A program made the translations under genes and the position numbers. Shown piece by piece: positions 53,382-64,000 of a DNA stretch of 64,000 nt (the stretch's first letter is position 1; every line of letters starts with the position of its first letter). Under the pieces are notes generated by a model. The model ran no database searches. It worked only from the letters and a program-made list of their open reading frames with translations, and was not told the DNA's origin. Location of the stretch: NCBI RefSeq assembly GCF_009914755.1, contig NC_060936.1; one strand, given 5' to 3'. Source of the DNA: the human T2T-CHM13v2.0 reference genome, Homo sapiens.

Positions 53382-53904
53382 TCAGGGTAGAGAGGAGCTC
53401 AGAGAACATTGGTATGATGAAGATCGTTCATAACTCCACGTTCTAACAAAAAATGGTATCTGAAAGATTAATGTGTCCAATTTAAGAAAGTGTTGAGTGA
53501 GCTTATCTTGCATTCCTACACAAAGAGTACAACCACAATATATTCCATAACAGCAAAACAAAATCAGTAAAATCATTCCAAGTAAACTAAACAGGAAGGC
53601 TTTCCAAGAACTGGGCAGTTGTTGGAACCAAGCTGATATAGGGTCAACTCATAGTGCATTAATGGCAGAGAGATGAGTGTCTAAAGCTTTCATAGCCTGG
53701 GTAGTATGTGAATAGTCGGGAACATACACACAACATTTGGTTTTCATCAAAGCACGAGGTCCCCCTTCGGTCACAGTTAAAATGTCCACATACTCAACAG
53801 TTTGTCCGATTATGTAGACAGGCTAAAGTCTGTGCCCATTCAGTAAGTGAGTTACTCTCTGCATAAGTCCAACTAATACCCAAAAGTAGAATGCCAATCC
53901 ATAT
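53382..53904 (-). pseudogene. env: ERV env remnant, largely deleted
   Basis: Signal peptide WIGILLLGISWTYAES, NC*VC, then directly DILTVTEGGPRALMKTKCCVYVPDYS (ISD end / CX6CC) and hydrophobic TM anchor ILLILFCCYGIYC. Confidence 0.82.
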
Positions 53905-53911
53905 GTTTATG

Positions 53912-55470
53912 TTACCCCTCCCTTTCATTTCTTCTGAACAGGAGTTCACTGAACAGGTCACTGATTGGCTCATAGGAATAAATGGGATCAGTCTCTTTTG
54001 TTCTGTCAGCCTGTGGGACTTCATAAGAGATAGATTTAATTTGAGATAAGTGGACCCAGCTGTTTATTCCCAGAAGTTTAACTGCAGTTGGGGTACTAAG
54101 TAGAACTTGATAGGGTCCCTTCCATTTTGGGGAAAGTTGAGCTGCTGGGGATCTTTCCTTCCAAGTTTTTAATAGGACCCAATCTCCCAGCTGGGTTGTA
54201 ACAAGATTCTCTTCCTTAGTGGAAGAAGGGAGTCTTTGATTTCTGTATTCAAGGGGTGCGTTTTGTACTTGTCCTAAGTTGATCACATAATTCTGTAGCT
54301 TGAAAGTATCTATGTCTGTTAGGAGGTCTGTTGTTAAGAAAGGCCTTCCATACATTATTTCAAAAGGACGGAGCTGCAGATTTTCCTTAGGGGCCACTCG
54401 AACCCATAATAAGGCTACAGGTAATAAAGACAGCCAGGTCTCCAGGTCTCTTGGCATAGTTTAGCAAGAATCCTTTTTAGAGTTTCATTAGCTCTTTCTA
54501 CTTTGCCTGAAGACTGTAGCCTCCAGGTGGAATTCCTAGGGCTGAAGATGTGTTTTGGGTAATTGTCACTGTGAAAGATGGCCATTATCTCTCTGTAAAC
54601 TCTTAGGCAGGCCAAATCTAGGGATTATTTCCTTTAGTAGTAGTTTAGAAACCTCAATTGCCTTTTCCGACAGGGTAGGAAAAGCCTCAATCCAATCGAT
54701 AAAGGTGTCAACGAATATTAGTAAATATTTAAACCCTTTACATGGGAGCACCTAAGTATAATCTATTTGCCAATCTTCACCAGGCTATGTTCCCCCATGC
54801 TGAACTGGCCTTACTAGAGGAGGAGGTAAAGATTGGTTATTTGGGTTATTCCGAGCATATATTACAGGCCCAAATAACCTGCTTTACTCTTTTAAGTAAG
54901 CCTTTTCCTATAAAAAGCTAAGACATTAATTGAAACAGGGAATCTCTTCCTAAATGAATAGAGTCATGCAAATGCTTAACTATTTTCCATTGATTAGCAC
55001 CTGGTATCAAGAGTTCATCAGGAGTGTCTAGCAGCAAAGCCTGACATTTCAATAAGCATCCCCCTGTCATCCACTGTTGTCCTTTAGCTTCTAGAACTCC
55101 TTGTACTTGGTGTGGGGTCAAAACCTCCAAATGTTGTCCTAAAGCCAGTTTATTGGCTTCATCTACTAAAAGAGCAGTTGCTACCACTGCCCTGAGGCAT
55201 CCAGGCATGGTAAGAAAGGTGTGTGAGAAAACCAAAGTCCCTGAAGGACAGCTTAGAGGATAGGGAAAATGGTGTCTATGCACTTGTCCATCGTTCCCAG
55301 TGACCATACAGTTTTGGAGTGACAGAGGCCCATTATAGTGGGTCAAAACAGAGTAAGCAGTCCAGAAGGAAGTTAATATTCTTACCTAGCACGTCAAGGG
55401 TTACCTGAGGCTCCTCTGGAGATATGGCTAGTTGTCCAGTGGGAGCAGTGGCGGAAGATCACAGGCCCCA
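53912..55470 (-). pseudogene. pol: ERV pro-pol remnant: protease, RT-connection fragment, integrase; RT polymerase and RNase H deleted
   Basis: GKNINFLLD; [18 protein letters not shown]; [17 protein letters not shown]; QSSGKVERANETLK; PKWKGPYQVLLSTPTAVKL. Confidence 0.9.
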
Positions 55471-57012
55471 TCACTTTTGTGCTTGCCTGGCTATTTCATT
55501 CATCATTGGCTTGGGTGCTGATGGCTTCCTTTGGAACGCTGGGCAATCCCTTTTCCAATGGCCAGTTTTCTTACGGTGTGCAAACTGATTTATGCCCAAG
55601 GCATGGTGACTCAGATGCCCAGCTTTTCAGCCTCCTTTGTTCAGGCCAACAGCCAGGAGGGCAACCCCATGTGGGAGGTGAGCTTAAGGCTGCAACCAAG
55701 AGCTGCACCTTGTGGGAGGTCCTTCTTGCTCTTTCTGCTTCCTCTGCTTTGTCTCTGTTATTAAAAAATAAAAATGCCAAATCCAAAAGTTGTTCCATAG
55801 GAGTTTGAGGGCCCATAGCTCTTTTTTGTGGTTTCTTGCAGATATCGGGGCAGACTGGGTTATAAAATATACTCCCAAAAGGGATTGTTTTTCCCTCAAG
55901 GCAGGATCAGTGTTAGTACATTTTGTGATTGCCTCGACTAAACGCCCTTGAAACAAAGCTAGATCTCATCTTTGCCCTGAGCAACTTCCTTAACCTTTTC
56001 ATAGTTAGCTGTCTTTTTCAAACATTTCTTTGTACCTTCCAACAAACAAGTGACCATATGATCTTTCCTCCCAAAGTTCTCACTGCTCCTTTGATAGTTC
56101 CACTGTGGATCTTGATCTGAAACTGCTATACCTCCTGCCTGATATATATTATGGTTCGGGTTACAAGCCAATGCCTCATCTGCATGGGTTCTTGCTGTCC
56201 TCAAAATGCATTGTTTCTCTTCTACTGTACAACACAGAGACAACAAACCTGCCAAGTTAAACTATAGGTCAGAGTTAATTTCTCAAACTCATCCATGAAT
56301 TTTCCTGGATCTTCAGAGAAATGACCAGATTTCTCTTTACATACAGCCAAATCAGATATAGAAAAGGGAACATGTACTCTTACAATGCCTTCTTTCCCAC
56401 TTGCCAAAGGGACAAAGATTTCCCTTTGGAGATTGATAGGAGACTCCACTATGAGCACTACTCACTGGATTAAGTTCCTCAGGGAGTGGAGGGTATAGAG
56501 TGAGACTAGACAGGTAAGGAGGAGGGGACAGAGGGTTCTCAATAGAACTTTCAGGTGGATTCCAGGGAGAAAGGACTGACCCATCTGAACCTTCAGAGCT
56601 TACAGAAGGAGGTTCTGCTCCACCCAAAAATGCCCGCTGAACCTGGGGCGGAAGAGGGGTTGCTTTAAAGGATCATCTACTATGTCTAGCTCTTTTTCCT
56701 CTCATGAAACATGCACACACCTGCTTCCGGGTTTTATTTCGACTAAGCAGCAAAACTGCTTGAACATATGGTATTTCATCCCATTTTCCCTCCCGCTTAC
56801 AAAACAAATCGAATTGAATTATAGCATTAAAGGTCATAGTTCCAGTAGGAGGCCTTTTCTCTTGTTTTTCCACATAATATCAAGGCCAAACCATATTACA
56901 CAGAAACACCAGTTTTCTCTTCTTAAACCCATTCAGTTTAAGTTGGTCCCAATTTTCAAGAATACATACATCCTAGTGGTGAGTTCTTTGGAAATGATGC
57001 CATGGTTCCCGT
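55471..57012 (-). pseudogene. gag: ERV gag remnant (gammaretrovirus-like MA-CA-NC)
   Basis: Start ACG-GGA (mutated Met-Gly); IIQFDLFCKREGKWDEIPYVQA; RVHVPFSISDL; MHR EVAQGKDE..FQGRLVEA; broken zinc knuckle QFAHRKKTGHWKRDCP; frameshifted. Confidence 0.9.
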
Positions 57013-57281
57013 GAAGGAGGCAGGTGATGTTGAAAGAAAAGTTCCAAACCTGCAAGATTGTATTACCACTGGCTGAGTTCCACTAAAAAGGATAAGAGGG
57101 GTTTTTAAGTCCAGCTGCATTAATAAGGGGATCCCTGCTAAAGATTGAATTATCTTCTTCACATTTTCCAAATAATATAAGTGAGCTGAGCCATGAATCT
57201 TAGATAAACCACAACATGGACTTCAACAAAAATGTTGAATAAGGCAAAAGAAATGAAGAGGATTTAGATGGGAATGACCAG

Positions 57282-57349
57282 AGCAAGTAGGATCTGGGTA
57301 ATAGCAAACAAGCAAAGCAAGTAGGATCTGGGCAATAGCAAACAAGCAA
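57282..57349. repeat. 34-bp tandem duplication in the ERV leader
   Basis: AGCAAGTAGGATCTGGG(T/C)AATAGCAAACAAGCAA x2. Confidence 0.9.
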
Positions 57350-57373
57350 AGCTGGTTTGCCCAGATCCAAAAA

Positions 57374-57393
57374 GTGTGTGTGTGTCTGTGTGT

Positions 57394-57425
<32 letters not shown>
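57374..57425. repeat. (TG)n microsatellite in the ERV leader
   Basis: Directly visible. Confidence 0.9.
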
Positions 57426-58209
57426 ATAAAATGAAACGAAACAGCAAGAAGTAAAGTCCCCTGATTTCCATCCTAGTGCTTCTCAATCACACCTAGTTTG
57501 CATAGTGGCAACAAAACATAACCACGTCTATTTAACCTTATTGCTTATAGCTGTTAAATACCAAATCCCAATCAGCAATTTTAGAGATGGTGTGTTCAAT
57601 GCTTTTTGTTCCCAATGTTTCACAAGCAAATGGATGGAAATTGGGAGGCACACAGGAGATGAATAAGTTAAAATTCCCAAGATCATTTAAATGAAGTCTC
57701 CAGAAAATGAAGTGAAACAGAGACAGCAACCAAGAAATTGATTCATGCAGCAAAGAGGACAAGGCTGATTAGTACAAAGAGCATACCCTGTGGTGCCAAA
57801 CCCATTCTTAGCCTAGAAGGAAATTACTAAGAGGGGTCTCTAACCCCCTAAATCTTAAAAGGGACTCTAACCCTCTAACCCAAGTTTAATTTCAAGAGCC
57901 TTTAACCCTCTCTGTCTTAGGAGAGACGCTAACTCCTCCAAGTTGGGCCGCTAAGCCAATCCCATTCTTTACCCAGGTATAGGCACCACACTAACCCAAA
58001 GTCGCCAGTTGGTGCACACAGATGGTTTTCCTTTGGATTGGGTTGGGGGTCTCTTCAGTATCGGCCCTTTTGTGGTTCACCAGAAATGTTACAGGACCCC
58101 AACACTTACCCAAAAGTGGCCGTTGGGTCAGAGTTTCTGCACTATAGTCCCTTCTGTGGTCATCAGAAATATGTTACAAGACCCCAAAACTTGATCCTTT
58201 GCATGCTAT

Positions 58210-58338
58210 TTTTCTCCCTTCCTTCCTTCCTTCCTTCTTTTCTTCCTGCCTTCCTTTCTCTCTTTTTCTTTCTCTTTCTCTTTCTTTCTCTTTCACTGTC
58301 TCTCTCTTTCTCTCGCTCTTTCTTTTTCTTTTTCTTTT
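58210..58338. repeat. Polypyrimidine (CCTT/CT/TTTC) low-complexity expansion inside L1
   Basis: Directly visible. Confidence 0.9.
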
Positions 58339-59256
58339 AGATCTGCTCTAATCTTTATTATTTTTTTCCTGTGCTAATTTTGGGTTTGGTTTGTTCTGAT
58401 TATTCTAGTTCCTGGAGGTATGTTGTTAAGTTTTTTATTTGAAATCTGCCTACCTTTTTAATGATAGGTATTTATTGTTGTAAACATCCTTCTTAGCACT
58501 GCTTTTGCTATATTGCATGGGTTTTGGTTAGATGTGTTTTCATTTCCATTTGTCTTAAAATTTTCTTAAATTTCATTCTTAGTTTATTAACTCAATGATA
58601 ATTCAGTAGCATTTTTTTATTTTCATGTACTTGTACATTTCCAGAGTTTCTCTTGTTACCAATCTCTAGTTTTATTCCATTGTCATTTGCTACGAATTCA
58701 TTAAAAAGAAAAAAAAAACTAGTAGAAATTTATTTTGTTCTCTAACATATGGGTATCCTGGAGAATGTTTTATGTGCTGATGAGATGAACATGTATTCTA
58801 CGGCTATCACATATTATGTTTGTAAATTCCTGTTAGGTTTATTTGGTCTAATCTGCAGTACAAATTGAAAGTTTCTTTGTTGATCTCTGTCTAGATAATC
58901 TGTCCAATGCTGAGAGCGAGGTGTTGAAATCTCCACTTATTACTGTACTGAAGTCTACCTCTCACTTTATATCTAATAATATTTGCTTTATACATCTGGG
59001 TATTTCAGTGTTGAGTAAATATATATTTAAAATTGTTATAGCCTCTTCCTGTATTGATCTGTTTATTATTATACAATTATTTATTTGTCTTTTAATACAG
59101 TTCTAAAAAAAGTTCTCAACATCTTTTTCTGATATAAGGACAGCTATTCCTGCCACCTTTTTGCTTCTGTTTATGTGGAATATCTTTTCTCATCCCTTCC
59201 CTTTATGTCTATATGTGCTATACAGGCGATGTGAATTTCTTGTAGGAAGCATATAG

Positions 59257-59567
<311 letters not shown>

Positions 59568-60004
59568 TGTCTGTGTCTTTTAAATAGAGAATTTAAATAA
59601 TTTACATTCAAGGTTATTATTGATAGGTGAGAATTCATTCCTGCCTTGTTAATTGGTTTCTTGTTGTTTTGTATATCTTTCATTCTTTTCTCCCTCTTTT
59701 ATTATGTTTTCATCTTGGTAAATATAATCCTTTTGCTTTCATGTGGACTCCCCTATGCATTTCTTGTAGAGCCAGTTAAGTGGTGATAAATTCCCTCAGT
59801 TTTTGCTTATCTGAAAAATCCTCTATTTTTTATTTATGAATGATAGCTTTGCTGGGTATATTATCCTTGGCTGGCAGGTTTTTTTTTTTCAGCACTTTGA
59901 ATATATTATCCCATTCTCTTATGGCCTGTAAGTTTTCCACTGAGAAATCTACTGTTTTTCTGATGGGCATTTCATTATATGTGACTTCACATATGGTGAT
60001 GGCA

Positions 60005-61000
60005 AGAGGCGTGTCCTCAGACTCCCCAGTTGTGTACATGAACACCAGTGGCAGCAAGTTGATATGCAAGCTCTCAGAAAACTTGTGTGGGCAGTAGCAG
60101 GGACAGTGCTGGCCCCTGCAGTCCTATCCTTATGCCCCCTGATAGTGCATGTGAGCACAGGCTGTTGTGGGCACAGCAGATTGATTTTCAGGCTCCCAGA
60201 TGGTGTGCTGGGGCACTATGGTGGTGAGGTATGTGGGGCAAGGCTGTACTTAGAATGCCAAATGTTGTGCATTGGGACTTAAGTTGGCAGATGGAGCAGA
60301 TCAATCTCCAGATGGTGTACATGGGCACTGGCAATGAGTATTGTTGTCTGTTTTCTGGCCTGTGGAGGGTGGACATGTATGCTGGTGAGGTGGATCGGGT
60401 CAATTCCCCTTCCCCTGAATGGTGTGCATGGGTGCTTGTGGCAGCAGGCAATCCGGCCTGTTCTGAGGCCTCTCAATGGTATGTGCAAGCACAGGCAGGT
60501 TATGACATGTAGGGCAGATAAATCCCCACATCCCTGAATAACATGTATGGGCACCAGTGGTGGGTGGGGTGAACCTGGTGTCAGGCCTCCTGGTAGTGTG
60601 TATGGGTACCACAGCAGCAGGCTAGGGAGTTGATTCCTAGTCCCCTGGATGGTGCATGTGGAAACAGGCAGTTGTGGTGGTGGTGGCAATCTGGGTAAGC
60701 CTGTCTTCAGGCCCCTGAAGGCAGGTGTTTGCACTGGCAGTGGTGGCTGGGGAGGTCAATCCCCAGGCCCTTAGAAAATGCGAACAGGTGCTGTTAGGCT
60801 AGTTGGGCCCATCCTCAGGCACGTGGATGGCATGTGCAGGTTATGACACCACTGGACAAAGTAGGTTTGTCCTTAGGGCCCTGGATGACATACTTGGATG
60901 GTAGCAGCGACAGTGGTGGGTAGTACTGGAATTTCTCAGGCCCTAGATCAGCACCCATGAAGAGTGGTCCTCAACACACCTGAAGGCATGTCCATGTGTA
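60005..61000 (-). repeat. Degenerate ~55-65-bp tandem array in the L1 5' region
   Basis: Recurrent core TCCTCAGGCCCC..GATGGTGTGCATGGGCAC..GCAG. Confidence 0.7.
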
Positions 61001-61759
61001 TGACGACCCTGCTGTGGGAGACAAAGGTAAACACCTCGTAGGCTCTGGGGAGCACACACTTCGGCTGCCTTTTTTTTTTTTTTTTTTGAAGTGCAACCTT
61101 CCCGGTGTGCTTTACTGCCCTTCCACATGGTATAGCCTGGACATGGGTTGTGCTGCAGTGCTGAGGACCTGAACACACAGTTGGGTCCAGCCAGTGTTGT
61201 GACACTGCAGCCTTCTGGGTGGACATAATAGGATATCAGTAGGACTTGAGGAGTGTGGAGATGTAGGAGCTGTTGGGCTTTCAGGGAAGGATGTAGTATG
61301 GTGAGGACTGGGCTCTCAAAATTGTTCTATGCTATGGCTGCTTAAATTTTGTGATATGCCTAGGACCCAGTGTGAACCTATTTTGTAGAAAAATGCCATT
61401 GTGTGGACTCCAGGTAGCTTCCTTTACTACTCTCAAAGCCCCTGGGGGCTGAGAGCTCTCCTGTAGCTAGGATTGCATGAGTGGGGATGGGGATGTGAAC
61501 AGCTGTAGTTTTCTCATTGGTGTTTTCCCCACAGTGGGGAGTTTCTCCTGGCTTTTAGCCAATCCTGATGAGGCCACCTGCTTTGCTTTCTTCTCCTTCC
61601 CTTACTGAGTGGTTGCCTGTCACTTCCTTGATCAATTCTGTTGTTCTCTCTTAGATGCTTTAGTTGACATATGCTTATCTACTCATTGTTTTTAGCTTTC
61701 TTTGTACAAAAGGTGACTGACAGGTCCTTCTAGTCAGCCATTTTCAAGGCCCCTCCTGA

Positions 61760-64000
61760 TTATTTTTCTTGTGGTTGTCTTAAGGCTCACATAAAATATT
61801 TTGTGGTTACAATCTTTTATTTTAATCTGATGACAATTTAAGCTCATATACAAAAACACTAACTATACTTTTAATCCCACCAACACAATTTGTATTTTTG
61901 TACTGTTTTTTTCAATGTATACTGTGTGTCCATTAACACTTTTTATCTTTAAAATTCTATGTTTGTAATTAATTTACACACCACCATTACGGTGTTACAT
62001 GAATCTGTATGTGTCTATATATTTACCTTTACCAGTGACATTTATGCTTATATATGCTTTCACATTTCTGTTTATCATGTTTTTATTTCAATTTTAAGAA
62101 CTCCCTCAGCCTTTTTTGTAAGGTGGGCTTAGTGGTGACATACTTTGTCAGTTTTTGTTTATGTGAGAAATACTTTTTTCATCTTAATTTTTTAAGTTTT
62201 GATTTCACAGCCAAAACAGCAGAAAAGATTATCTATTTTATACCTGTCATACTAAGCCACAACTGAAAACATAAGTAATTCAGAGTGTCACAGGTCTAGG
62301 ACAAAAGACCAAAGGGGACTCTTTTGGTGTGATCAGGGTGGGTCTCTCAGTGGTGGACCTCGTGATCAGAGGGTCATGGAAGTTCTAAATTCTTTGAGAG
62401 GAAAATTTGAAACAGTAGCAAACACTTCAGTAATTTGCATCTATATCCTTACATCCTTAGTCTCTACCATTTCATATTTCTGCTCTTGTGACCTTTACAA
62501 GTACACAAGCTAGTGGTTTAATTGGACCTCTGACACATCATCTTTTTTTGCACTTCACCCTGCACTTCCTTTTCCACTCCCAAGCTCACCAATAGGGATC
62601 ACTCACCTTGGCTTTCGTGGCACTATGGTTTCTATGAGGATGGTGCTAAGGCTGAAAGCTCTTCTTCATTAATGAAGTATACTTTTTCTGGGCACAGAAC
62701 TCTTATATAGCTTTATTTTCTTTCAGAATTTTTAATATATCACCTTATGCTCTCCTTGCCTGCCAAGATTTTGCTGAGACATTCACTGACATTTTTATGG
62801 AGGTTCCCTCATGTGTGATAAGTTATTTTCTCTGTTATCAAAATTCTCTTTCTCGTAGATATTCAGCAAATTTATTATAATGTGTTTCTCTATGTTCTTA
62901 TTTGGATTGATCCTCTGAGGTTTTGTACCTTCATGACTGTGAATGTTACTTTTTCTCCATGAATTGGGAATTTTCAGTTATTACGTTACATAATCTCTCT
63001 GCCCCTCTTCTCTCTATCTTTTCTTTCTGAAACTCCTATAATGTATATAATAGTTCACTTGATAGTATTTCATAAATATCACAGGCTTTATTTTTACTCT
63101 TTTTCACTTTTTCCTCTTATGAGCGAATCATTTTTAAAAATCTGTGTTTAAATTTGCAGATTTTTTGCTCTATTATTCAAGTCTGCTATTGAATGTCTCT
63201 GTTGCATTTTTCAATTCATACATTGTACTCTTCAGCTACAGAATTTGTTACTTTCTTTTTTATAATTTTTATCTTTTTAAAACTTCTGGTGCTATGCTGC
63301 AGCTGTTTCATTTATGTTGTTTTCCTGAACTCATCGAGTTGTTTTCTGTGCTCTCTTCTAGTTTGCTGAGCATCCTTAAAGCAATTATTTTGAATTATTT
63401 GTTAGACAATTCATAGGTCTTAATTTCTTTGAGGTCATTTACTGGAAAATTATTGTGTTTCTTTGGCGGTATTATGTTTTCTCAATTTATGTGTTTCTTG
63501 TAGACTTGTGCTGATATCTGTGCATTTTAGAGAGCAGTCACATTTTCCATACTCTACAAAAGGGTTTTGATGGGGAAAGATCTTCACATATGGGTGGCCA
63601 TGAGGGTGCTGGCTGGGTTGGGGTATCAGAGTTAGTTCCATCTCTGGGAAAGGCACAGTGGGATAATCTATTTGCAGCTCTTTCACTTGAAGTCAGCCTT
63701 GGTGAAGACCATGGGAGTCCTCAGCAACCAAGACTGTGGGTCTCCACAGCAGCAGCAAGGACTGTTGAAGTCTTTATTGAGAAAGTCGTCTGGGGGTACT
63801 CCCATTCTCTTTTTCCACCACAGAAGGGAGTCATGGCAGAGGGGGTTCCTGTTGCTGCTGCCTCTGGGGTGAAGGCATGTTCACAGTGGTAGTGGTTCTG
63901 ATGTCTGATGCCCAGGCATATGGGAAATGATCATTGCTCTGGGGTTTGAGGCATGGACAAACCATGCTCCCACCACATGTGTCAACCATGGTTCTGTGGT
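61760..64000 (-). mobile_element. Older L1M: inter-ORF, ORF1 and 5' region, interrupted by the RPL41 retrocopy
   Basis: TTTACACACCACCATTAC; TAAGAACTCCCTCAGCCTTTTTTGTAAGG; TTCTGAAACTCCTATAATG; TTATTTTGAATTATTTGTTAGACAATTCATAG. Confidence 0.8.
62188..62659 (-). pseudogene. RPL41: Processed pseudogene of ribosomal protein L41 (eL41)
   Basis: Reverse complement: 5'TOP-like CTTTCAGCCTTAGCACCATC..GAAACC, CDS equivalent 62618-62518 (ACG AAA GCC AAG..TGG..AGG GTG AAG TGC AAA..CAG AGG TCC AAT TAA), RPL41-type 3' UTR (ACCACTAGCTTG..AGAGCAGAAA..TAGAACTT..CCCTCTGATC..GAGACCCACC..GACCTGTGACA..GCTGTTTTGGCTG), decayed poly(A) and degenerate TSD TCATCTTAATT / TCTTCTTCATT. Confidence 0.9.

Larger units (their letters stand above)
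52679..58192 (-). mobile_element. ERV1 provirus, MER41-type (3' LTR plus internal region; 5' LTR absent)
   Basis: LTR 52679-53225, PPT adjacent (GGGGAGAGGGGAAGACA), env/pol/gag remnants in retroviral order on the minus strand, leader to ~58192. Confidence 0.9.

Noticed and set aside
53912-54457. 181-aa integrase C-terminal ORF as a domesticated gene
   Set aside because: The catalytic DDE core lies in other frames and is separated by frameshifts and stops; ordinary decay.
60005-61000. Repeat array as CRISPR-like or coding repeat
   Set aside because: Eukaryotic context, degenerate units without a repeat-spacer structure, embedded in the L1 5' region.
62415-62555. Apparent C/D-box snoRNA on the minus strand (ATGATG...CTGA with terminal stem)
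   Set aside because: Fully explained as decayed RPL41 CDS and 3' UTR; the C box is imperfect.

Overview
AT-rich, CpG-poor primate (AluY-containing, human-like) genomic DNA. I can support no intact protein-coding gene. The ORF-track hits are chance ORFs or decayed repeat ORFs. The window is a layered fossil record of mobile elements. It holds L1MA/L1M/L1P LINEs, L2, MIR, seven Alus, and MaLR LTRs (MLT1B, MLT1D, THE1, and a full LTR-int-LTR MST). It also holds ERVL solo LTRs and Tigger/hAT DNA transposons. From ~46.8 kb onward there is a nested pile: old L1 > Tigger1 / L1MA > MER41 provirus and Alus. The most notable items are: (1) a decayed Penelope-like reverse transcriptase at ~2.95-3.48 kb; (2) an RPL41 processed pseudogene (62.2-62.66 kb, minus) with a 30-nt GTGAGT-initiated insert at an exon junction, apparently a fossil of an alternatively spliced mRNA; (3) a minus-strand MER41-type provirus lacking its 5' LTR, with in-frame deletions fusing protease, RT-connection and integrase, a collapsed env, and a GAS motif in the LTR; (4) an AmnSINE1-like tail; (5) fold-back palindromes and a candidate 9-nt microexon bracketed by a 37-bp direct repeat. 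I found no convincing novel multi-gene system. Subfamily names come from recalled consensus sequences and need RepeatMasker/Dfam confirmation. Boundaries of old repeats are approximate.
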